Positions 57,020-64,000 of a stretch of DNA of 64,000 bases are shown piece by piece. The DNA lies in assembly GCA_965247115.1 (NCBI GenBank), contig CBDFGR010000002.1, forward strand, positions 352,001 through 416,000, given 5' to 3'. The notes beneath the pieces were generated by a model. That model was given only the letters and a program-made list of their open reading frames with translations. It was not told where the DNA came from and made no database searches. This stretch comes from Myxococcota bacterium. Lineage in GTDB: Bacteria; Myxococcota_A; UBA9160; SZUA-336. A program made the translations under genes and the position numbers. Numbering within the stretch: position 1 is the first letter of the stretch; each line of letters starts with the position of its first letter.

Positions 57020-57654
57020 AGGTCGCCGCCGTCGTGCCCTTCAAGTGCTTCACGCGCGCCAAGGGTCGCCTGCGCGCCGCCTACTCCGACGTCCAGGTGG
57101 AGCAAATCCTGCACGCTCTGCTCGCAGATGTGCTCCACGCGCTGCGCTCCGCGAGTGCGGTCGACTACGTCGGCGTTCTGACGGACGACGAGGCGGTCGC
57201 CGCCGTCGCGAGCGCGGCGGGGGCCGACGTCCGTATGCGCGCACCCGACCCGGGGCTGAACGAGGCGATCGAGCAAGCCGCGGACGAGCTCGAGGCCGCA
57301 GGCTTCGAGGCTCTGCTGGTCGCCCTGGGCGACCTTCCCCTCTTGCAGGCCGCGGACGTCGACCAGGTGATCGAGGCGGGGCTCGAGCACCCGGTCGTCC
57401 TCGTGCCCTCGGCAGACGCTGGTACCGCGCTCTTGCTGCGACGACCCCCGCGCAGAATTCCAGCCCGCTTCGGTCCCGACAGCGCCGCCCGTCACGCGGA
57501 GGCCGCCCGCGAGGCTGGGCTGCGCGCGTTCGAGCTCGACTCGTTCGACGAGCTGTCGCGCGTTGACCTGGACACGCCCGAGGACGCCCTCCGGGTACTC
57601 GCCTCCGGCGTCCCGTGTCAGACACGAGACGTCCTGCGGAGCTTCGTGCGATGA
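57016..57654 (+). CDS. cofC: 2-phospho-L-lactate/PEP guanylyltransferase (CofC/FbiD)
   Basis: VVPFK...AKGRL, GLN.A, GDLP, GT, RFGPDSAARH, DLDTPED; GTGA overlap with cofD. Confidence 0.92.
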   Translation: MKVAAVVPFKCFTRAKGRLRAAYSDVQVEQILHALLADVLHALRSASAVDYVGVLTDDEAVAAVASAAGADVRMRAPDPGLNEAIEQAADELEAAGFEALLVALGDLPLLQAADVDQVIEAGLEHPVVLVPSADAGTALLLRRPPRRIPARFGPDSAARHAEAAREAGLRAFELDSFDELSRVDLDTPEDALRVLASGVPCQTRDVLRSFVR

Positions 57655-58367
57655 GCATCCGCCTTCAGGCGATCGAAGGCGTACCGGAGATCTCTCCGGG
57701 AACGGACGTCGCAACGCTCCTCGCGGAGCGCGTTCCCCCAGGGCCCGGTGTGCTGGTGGTCGCGCAGAAGATCGTCTCCAAGGCGGAGGGTCGCCTTGTG
57801 CGACTGAGCGAGGTAGAGCCCTCCTCCCGCGCGCGCGAGCTCGCAGCCAAGGTCGACAAGGACCCCCGGCAGGTCGAGCTGATCCTGCGCGAGTCCCGCC
57901 GCATCTTGCGCGCGGTGCCAGGCGTCCTGATCTGCGAGACGCACCATGGGCTGACCTGCGCGAACGCCGGCGTGGATCTCTCCAACGCTCCTGACGACGA
58001 GGTGGCGATCCTGCTACCGGAGAATCCCGACGCGTCCGCCGAACTCATCCGGCGTGCACTCGGGCCGGGCCGAGGCGTAATCATCTCCGATACCTTCGGT
58101 CGGCCCTGGCGCGAGGGGCTCGTCGACGTCGCGATCGGCGTGGCCGGGCTCGCGCCCCTGCGGGACTTCACCGGCCAGACCGACCGCCGCGGCCGCGAGC
58201 TCGTCGTTACCGTGATGGCATACGCGGACCAGCTGACCGCGGCAGCTGGCATCCTGATGGAGAAGGAGGCGGGGCTGCCCGCCGTCTGGATCGAAGGCGT
58301 CCCCGTCGGGGGCGACGGAAGCCTCGCCGACCTGCTGCGCGACCCCGAGCACGACCTTTTCCGCTAA
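57651..58367 (+). CDS. cofE: Coenzyme F420-0:L-glutamate ligase (single-domain CofE)
   Basis: VAQKIVSKAEGR, CANAGVD.SN, LP..PD.SA, ISDTFGRPWREG; no fused nitroreductase domain. Confidence 0.94.
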   Translation: MSIRLQAIEGVPEISPGTDVATLLAERVPPGPGVLVVAQKIVSKAEGRLVRLSEVEPSSRARELAAKVDKDPRQVELILRESRRILRAVPGVLICETHHGLTCANAGVDLSNAPDDEVAILLPENPDASAELIRRALGPGRGVIISDTFGRPWREGLVDVAIGVAGLAPLRDFTGQTDRRGRELVVTVMAYADQLTAAAGILMEKEAGLPAVWIEGVPVGGDGSLADLLRDPEHDLFR

Positions 58368-58373
58368 CGCAGC

Positions 58374-58988
58374 TCAGTCGAGCAGCGGTGTGCCGTCGGG
58401 TCGACGGATCTCGAGCTCAGTCCAGCAGCGCATCCAGGCGCCTACGGGAGCAAGTCCCCTGCCCGTCTTTCCCGAGACGGCCACCAGGTGTTCTCTTGGA
58501 AGACTCGTCCGTGACGCGACCTGCTCGAGCGCTCGCGCGATCTCTCCCTTTTTGAGCTTGTCGATCTTCGTCAGGATCACCCGCGCCTGGATCTTTTCCG
58601 CAGCGAGCCAATCGAGCAGGTCGAGCTCCTCCGACTGCAGGCCGCGCCGCGGATCGACGAGCAAGAGGGCGCCGCGCAGCGCTGCGCGTGTGCCCCGAAG
58701 GTAGGATTCGACGAGCCCGCGCCAGGAGCGACGCTCCACGCGGGCCACCGCCGCGTAGCCGTAGCCCGGGAGGTCGACCAGATACGCCGAGGAGTCGAGT
58801 CGGTAGAAGTGAATCCGCCGGGTCTTGCCTGGACGTCGGCTGGTGCGCGCAAGTCGGCGACGGCCCACGAGCACGTTCAGGAAGGTGGACTTGCCCACGT
58901 TGGAGCGGCCAAGGATGGCCACCTCCGCCAGACCGTCGCGCGGGAATTGCTTCGGCCCGTCCGCATCGTACGCGAGTTCGACATCCAC
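58374..58988 (-). CDS. engB: Ribosome biogenesis GTPase EngB/YihA/YsxC
   Basis: GRSNVGKS, TS..PGKT, VDLPGYGYA, TKIDK. GTG at 58988 with a GGAG RBS. Confidence 0.93.
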   Translation of the reverse strand: MDVELAYDADGPKQFPRDGLAEVAILGRSNVGKSTFLNVLVGRRRLARTSRRPGKTRRIHFYRLDSSAYLVDLPGYGYAAVARVERRSWRGLVESYLRGTRAALRGALLLVDPRRGLQSEELDLLDWLAAEKIQARVILTKIDKLKKGEIARALEQVASRTSLPREHLVAVSGKTGRGLAPVGAWMRCWTELEIRRPDGTPLLD

Positions 58989-59035
58989 CAGTCCGGCTCC
59001 TTGCTGCTCCAGACCACGGAAGGTAGCCTCCCCAG

Positions 59036-59455
59036 ATGAACAAGGGCGTGCAGATCGCACTCGCGAGCCTGGCCGCGTTCGCCGGCTTGATCTGGGTGAT
59101 CGCGAGCGGCACCGCGCAAGACGGGGCGTTTCGCTACTACAAGAGCGTCAGCGAGTACATGGTGCACGCACCTGGGGGGAATGGCGGCAGCGAGCAGCTG
59201 CGCGTCCACGGCTTCGTGGTAGGTGGCTCGATTGCAAAGAACCTGGGAGCGGGCCACGTCGACTTCGCGATCGCCGACGCCGAGCCTGTGGAGACGCTGC
59301 CTGTCCGCTTCCTCGGGATCGACGTGCCCGATCTCTTCCGCGACGGCGCGGAGGTCGTGGTCGAGGGGCGCTTCGAGGGTCAGACCTTCCTCGCGGAGCG
59401 CGTGATGGCGAAGTGCCCTTCCAAGTACGAGGCCGAGACGGAAACCGAAGCCTGA
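59036..59455 (+). CDS. ccmE: Cytochrome c maturation heme chaperone CcmE, CxxxY variant
   Basis: N-terminal TM, LRV.G.V..GSI, VPDLF.DG..VVVEG, MAKCPSKY. Confidence 0.93.
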   Translation: MNKGVQIALASLAAFAGLIWVIASGTAQDGAFRYYKSVSEYMVHAPGGNGGSEQLRVHGFVVGGSIAKNLGAGHVDFAIADAEPVETLPVRFLGIDVPDLFRDGAEVVVEGRFEGQTFLAERVMAKCPSKYEAETETEA

Positions 59456-59489
59456 GGAGCGGGGGTGCGCCCCGAGCTTCCCGGCGGGT

Positions 59490-61466
59490 GTGGGGGACGA
59501 TACGTTGCTCGTGACGCTGGGTGAGTACTCGCTTTTCCTGGCGATCTTCTTCGCCGTCTATGCGACGGCGGCCGCCTTGATCGGCGTCTTCAGGAACGCG
59601 CCCCAGTGGCAGCGCAGCGCCGAACGCAGCGTCGTTGCGCTCTTCGTTCTGCTCTCGCTCGCGATGCTCGGACTGGAGGCCGCGCTCATCGGCGACCGCT
59701 TCGACCTGGCCTTCGTGGCACAGATCTCTACCCGGGAGCAGCCCTGGCCGTTCAAGCTCGCGCTCTGGGGAGGACACGACGGCTCGCTGCTGCTCTGGGT
59801 CTGGATGCTGGGGTTGATGAGCTTCCTGGTCGTACGTCAGAACCGCCACCGCAACCGGGTCCTCATGCCCTGGGTGATCGTCTCGATGATGGCGAACGTC
59901 CTCTTCTTCCTGGGCCTGGTTGCGTTCGTCTCAAACCCCTTCGACCCGCTCCCTCCCGGCGAGGCCTACTCGAACGGCGCGGGCATGAACCCGCTGCTCC
60001 AACATCCCGTCATGCTGATCCACCCGCCCATTCTCTACACGGGCTTCATCGCGTTCTCCGTGCCCTTCTCCTTCGCGGTCGCTGCCCTTGTCACGCGCGA
60101 GCTGGGACAGAACTGGTTCCGCGCAACCCGACGCTGGACGCTGACCGGTTGGTTCTTCCTCGGGGTCGGCATCATGCTGGGCGGCCGCTGGGCATATGAG
60201 GTGCTCGGCTGGGGAGGCTACTGGGCCTGGGACCCCGTGGAGAACGCGTCGCTCATGCCCTTCCTGGCAGCCACCGCGTTCCTCCACTCCGTGATGATTC
60301 AGGAGAAGCGCGGGATGCTGAAGATCTGGAACATCACACTCATCGGGCTGACCTACTCGCTCTGTGTGTTCGGCACCTTCCTTACACGTAGCGGTGTCGT
60401 GCAGTCGGTACATAGCTTTGCGAACGCGGGCTGGTTCGGTACGCTGTTTCTCGGCTACGTCGCGCTGATCGCCTTCGGCTTCGCCGCGCTCGTGCTCTGG
60501 CGCCTCCCGTTGCTGCGCAGCGAGAACAAGCTCAACTCGGTGGTCTCACGCGAGGCGAGCTTTCTCCTCAACAACTACGCCTTCATGGCGCTCCTCTCGA
60601 TCGTCTTCTTCGGCACGCTCTACCCCGTGTTCTCCGAGGCGCTGACCGGCGCGCGCGTGCAGATTGGCCCGCCCTTCTTCCGCCGCTTTGCGGGACCGCT
60701 TGCGCTCTTCCTGCTGTTCCTGACGGGCGTCGGACCGCTCATCGCGTGGCGTCGCGCAACCTGGATCAACCTGCGAAAGAGCTTCCTCTGGCCCTCTCTG
60801 ATCGCTCTCGCGGTGGCCGCCGTGAGCTGGGGCCTCGGCGTGCGGCGCTTCTGGCCGTGCGCGTTCTGGGCGCTCTGCGCGTTCTCTGCCGCCACCATCG
60901 GCGAGGAGTACCAGCGCGGCATCCGAGCGAGAATGCGCCGGGGCGAGAACGTGGGACGCGCGTTCCTCGAGCTCATGCGCCGCAACCAGCGCCGCTACGG
61001 CGGCTACATCGTTCACCTTGCGGTCATCCTCATGTTCGTGGGCTTTGCAGGAGCCGCCTTCAACCTGGAGGAGACCAAGCTCATGCGTCCAGGCGAGGTC
61101 TGGAGCCTGAACGGATACGACCTGGAGTACCGACAGAGCCGACCCGTCACGCACCCCCACTACGCCGGAGCGGTGGCGCGCCTCGCGCTCAGCGGGCACG
61201 GGCGCCCGCTCGGCATCCTCCTGCCCGAGAAGCGCATGTATTACCAGCAAGAGCAGCCCGCGACGATCCCCGCCGTCTGGAGCACGCTGCGCGAGGACTT
61301 CTACGTGATCCTCGTGGGCATCGAGCCCGACCGCTCGGTCGCGGTCAAGGTCTACATCAACCCGCTGGTGAACTGGATCTGGATCGGCGGCTTCGTCTTC
61401 GTGTTCGGCAATACGCTCCTGCTATGGCCGCTTCCGAAGCGGCTCGGTGGCCGGACGGAGAGTTGA
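59490..61466 (+). CDS. ccmF: Cytochrome c heme lyase CcmF
   Basis: WGG..GSLLLW, GMNPLLQ, IHPP.LY.G, WAY..LGWGGYWAWDPVENAS, GTFLTRSG...SVHSF, NPLVNWIW. The start may be a few codons later. Confidence 0.96.
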   Translation: MGDDTLLVTLGEYSLFLAIFFAVYATAAALIGVFRNAPQWQRSAERSVVALFVLLSLAMLGLEAALIGDRFDLAFVAQISTREQPWPFKLALWGGHDGSLLLWVWMLGLMSFLVVRQNRHRNRVLMPWVIVSMMANVLFFLGLVAFVSNPFDPLPPGEAYSNGAGMNPLLQHPVMLIHPPILYTGFIAFSVPFSFAVAALVTRELGQNWFRATRRWTLTGWFFLGVGIMLGGRWAYEVLGWGGYWAWDPVENASLMPFLAATAFLHSVMIQEKRGMLKIWNITLIGLTYSLCVFGTFLTRSGVVQSVHSFANAGWFGTLFLGYVALIAFGFAALVLWRLPLLRSENKLNSVVSREASFLLNNYAFMALLSIVFFGTLYPVFSEALTGARVQIGPPFFRRFAGPLALFLLFLTGVGPLIAWRRATWINLRKSFLWPSLIALAVAAVSWGLGVRRFWPCAFWALCAFSAATIGEEYQRGIRARMRRGENVGRAFLELMRRNQRRYGGYIVHLAVILMFVGFAGAAFNLEETKLMRPGEVWSLNGYDLEYRQSRPVTHPHYAGAVARLALSGHGRPLGILLPEKRMYYQQEQPATIPAVWSTLREDFYVILVGIEPDRSVAVKVYINPLVNWIWIGGFVFVFGNTLLLWPLPKRLGGRTES

Positions 61467-62737
61467 GGGGCTCCCGAGGCAGAGCCCTCCTGCTGGCTGC
61501 AATGCTCCCCGTCGCGGCCCTTCCGCTGACGACCGGTGCCGCAGAGATTCGCGGCACGGTAATCCACCCTACGCGACCGGACGTCGCCTCCGACCTCGAG
61601 GTGCGGCTCCTGGGACTGACCGAGGACAACGAGCCGATTCGCAGCAGCGTGCGTACCGACACCGAGGGGAGCTTCCACTTCGTCGATCTGCCGGAGCCCG
61701 CTGCCTATCTCGTAGCGGCGTCTTACGACGGGATCTCGTTCCCCGGGGGAACCGTGTCGTTCCGAGCGGGAGAGGCTCCGAGCAAGGCCCCGCTCGTCTT
61801 CCACATCTACGATCGGACCACGGACGCCACCGCCCTCAGCGCGCCCTTGCTGAGCTGGGTCATCGAGCGTGAGGCCGGTGTCTATCAGGTGAGCCAGAGC
61901 CTGTCGGTGCGAAACGGCGACTCGCGAGTCGTCGTCGTCGAGGCTGGTGAGCCGCCGCTCCTGCGCATGCCTCTGGCGCCCGGACACGGAGAGGTCCGGG
62001 CCGCCCTGGGCCGCCTCGCCGAGGGCGTGTCGATCGTCGACGGCAGCGCCGAGCTGCGCGGACCCTTGCTGCCGGGAGAGAGCGAAGTGCGTCTGCGCTA
62101 CGAGCTTCCTCTGGACGGGATGCTGGAGACGGAGGTCGGTGCGCTGCAGCCGACCGCGGCAGCTGGCGGCTGGCCCGATGGCGCCCCTCGCGTCGAACGC
62201 CTGGAGCTCTACTTGAAGGACTTCGGGATTGCCGTCGACGCCGGGACCCTCCACCCCGCACGACCGGCGCGCAGCGGCGACGTCATCTACCTCGCCTTCC
62301 TCGGCTTCGAGCTCGAGCCCGGGACCCGATACCCACTCCGGGTCTCGCCCCTCTCCCCTTCTCCGGCCCCGCCCGTCTGGTCGACGGTCCTGCTCGTGGC
62401 CCTGCTCGCGGGCGTGAGCCTCTACGTGGTGGGACGTCCGGTCGCGATGGCCGCCACGGAGCCGGTGGTCGACGCTCAGGCTCCTGGGGAGCTGGAGAAG
62501 CGAGCCCTGCAGGACGCGCTCTCGGACCTCGACTTCGACTTCGAGACCGGGAAGCTGTCCGTCGAAGACCGCGACCGGCTACGCGCGGAGCTCACCGGAG
62601 AAGCCGTCCGCTCGCTGGCACGCAGACGCGGCCTGACCCGAGGCAAGACTCTGCCGGCCGAGGAGCCACGCTGCACGTGCGGGCATCAGGCGCGGGAAGG
62701 CGACAAGTTCTGCGCTGCCTGCGGCAGGCCGTTGTGA
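61463..62737 (+). CDS. Ccm-associated protein: signal peptide, beta-sandwich ectodomain, TM helix, CcmI-like motif, C-terminal zinc ribbon
   Basis: TTG overlapping the ccmF stop; IRGTV...TD.EG.F.F..LP, a TM helix, LSDLDFDFETGKLS.ED, CTCG...KFCAACG. Confidence 0.75.
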   Translation: MRGSRGRALLLAAMLPVAALPLTTGAAEIRGTVIHPTRPDVASDLEVRLLGLTEDNEPIRSSVRTDTEGSFHFVDLPEPAAYLVAASYDGISFPGGTVSFRAGEAPSKAPLVFHIYDRTTDATALSAPLLSWVIEREAGVYQVSQSLSVRNGDSRVVVVEAGEPPLLRMPLAPGHGEVRAALGRLAEGVSIVDGSAELRGPLLPGESEVRLRYELPLDGMLETEVGALQPTAAAGGWPDGAPRVERLELYLKDFGIAVDAGTLHPARPARSGDVIYLAFLGFELEPGTRYPLRVSPLSPSPAPPVWSTVLLVALLAGVSLYVVGRPVAMAATEPVVDAQAPGELEKRALQDALSDLDFDFETGKLSVEDRDRLRAELTGEAVRSLARRRGLTRGKTLPAEEPRCTCGHQAREGDKFCAACGRPL

Positions 62738-63390
62738 TCCAGGTCGAGGAGCTCGAGAAACACTACGGGAGGGTCGCGGCGCTCCGCGGCCTCTCCCTCG
62801 AGATCCAACCGGGCACGGTGACCCTCGTCGCCGGTCCGAACGGAGCGGGGAAGAGCACCTTGCTGCGAATCCTGGCCGGGCTGACACGCCCCACGAGCGG
62901 TCGCGTCTCGATCCACGGCCGCGATCCGTTCGGCCGCGGAGCCGCGGCGTCGCGGGGACGGGTCGGCTTCGTTGGCCAGGAGCTGGCTCTCTACGGCGAG
63001 CTCACCGTCGAGGAGAACCTGCGCTTCGTGGCACGCCTTCACGGGATCAGCGTCGATGACGCCACCACTGGCCTCGATCCTCTTCACGAGCTCGACCTGG
63101 AAGCGGTCGCCGGGCAGCGGGTCCGCACGCTGTCGCAGGGCTACGGGCGCCGTACCTCGATCGCGCGTGCGCTCCTGACCCGCCCCGAGGTGCTACTGCT
63201 CGACGAGCCGTGGAACGGACTCGACGCGGAGGCAGCTCGCCGCCTGGTAGCCCTGCTCGCCGCTGAACGCGAGCGGGGCCATACGGTGGTGGCGGCCCAG
63301 CACGGCGCGGGAGAGCACCCAGGCCTGTTCGATCGCACGATCGAGCTGGCGGCGGGCAGGCTGGCGCCCTGCCGTGCTTCGACCCCGTGA
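62734..63390 (+). CDS. ccmA: Heme ABC exporter ATP-binding subunit CcmA
   Basis: GPNGAGKSTLL, LY.ELT..ENL.F, LSQG, LLDEP..GLD; between ccmF and ccmB. Confidence 0.88.
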   Translation: MIQVEELEKHYGRVAALRGLSLEIQPGTVTLVAGPNGAGKSTLLRILAGLTRPTSGRVSIHGRDPFGRGAAASRGRVGFVGQELALYGELTVEENLRFVARLHGISVDDATTGLDPLHELDLEAVAGQRVRTLSQGYGRRTSIARALLTRPEVLLLDEPWNGLDAEAARRLVALLAAERERGHTVVAAQHGAGEHPGLFDRTIELAAGRLAPCRASTP

Positions 63391-64000
63391 GCCAGCCGGG
63401 TCCGCGCGTCGCAGCGGCCGTCCTCGGCAAGGATCTGCTGCTCGACCTGCGCACCCGCGACCGGCTCGGTCACATGGCGGTGTTCGCCGCTCTGGTGGTG
63501 GTCCTGCTGGGACTCACCCTGCCCTCCTCCCGAGGTGCGCGCGCCGACTGGATTCCGGCGCTGCTCTGGATTGTGTTCCTGTTCACATCGCTGCTCGGAC
63601 TCTCACGCTCGTTCCAGGCCGAGACGGACGAGGGAGCCGTGAGCCTGCTCATGCAGGCGCCGTGCGACCGGGGTTGGGTCTTCCTGGGCAAGGCCGTCGC
63701 GAACCTGATCGCGCTCTTCGGTCTTCAAGTCTGGACCGCGATCCTCTTCAGCGTCTTCCTGGACGTCGAGTGGGGACCTGCGCTGCCTGCCGCGCTCGGC
63801 ATAGCACTACTCGGCGCCACGGGGCTGAGCGCGCTGGGCTCGCTGCTGTCTGCCATGTCGATGTTTGTCCGGTTCCGTGACTTCCTGTTTCCGATCCTGC
63901 TCTTTCCCCTGGTCCTCCCGCTGCTCGTGATGACCTCCCGCATGACGGAGACCGCGCTCGAGGGCGGAGCCATCTCCGGCCTCGCCTGGTTCGTCCTCGT
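63387..64000 (+). CDS. ccmB: Heme exporter permease CcmB, runs off the window
   Basis: Manual translation from GTG at 63387: KDLLLDLR, LLWIVFLF..LLGL.RSF..E...G, FLGK...N, LFPILLFPL.LP. Confidence 0.9.
   Translation, partial: MSQPGPRVAAAVLGKDLLLDLRTRDRLGHMAVFAALVVVLLGLTLPSSRGARADWIPALLWIVFLFTSLLGLSRSFQAETDEGAVSLLMQAPCDRGWVFLGKAVANLIALFGLQVWTAILFSVFLDVEWGPALPAALGIALLGATGLSALGSLLSAMSMFVRFRDFLFPILLFPLVLPLLVMTSRMTETALEGGAISGLAWFVL

Overview
A gene-dense, very GC-rich chromosomal window from a diderm bacterium. The mix of Tol-Pal, LPS heptose genes, bactofilin, CxxxY-type CcmE and an RpoH-like sigma suggests a Myxococcota/Desulfobacterota-like (former Deltaproteobacteria) lineage; this is inference only. 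Most of it is core housekeeping: a DEAD-box helicase (partial), tmRNA and smpB, panBC, rsmA, tsaD, dksA, tol-pal, pepA, moa genes, holB-metG-tatD, a TetR/GldAFG-like ABC operon, ftsEX-envC-ctpA-ispA-dxs-tlyA-iscA-iscS-cysC, cofDCE (F420) and ccmEF-X-AB. I see no CRISPR array, tRNA, rRNA, integrase or transposase. The most interesting items are: (1) an LPS-core/ADP-heptose operon carrying a twitch-type radical SAM enzyme, a Gfo/Idh/MocA oxidoreductase, a Nudix hydrolase and a tandem double kinase, a candidate undescribed heptose/core-modification pathway; (2) a probable non-canonical ATA start on rsmA and CTG start on envC; (3) a family of long palindromic REPIN/MITE-like elements (full copy at 53.7-53.9 kb, internally deleted copy at 19.7 kb) plus an unrelated 31-bp inverted repeat before metG; (4) a structured panB leader with a terminator; (5) a lower-GC PTER-like hydrolase next to the tmRNA 3' end; (6) F420 biosynthesis genes in a Gram-negative host; (7) a beta-propeller protein ending in a single TolC-like repeat. 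All family assignments come from motif recognition by eye; no searches were run.
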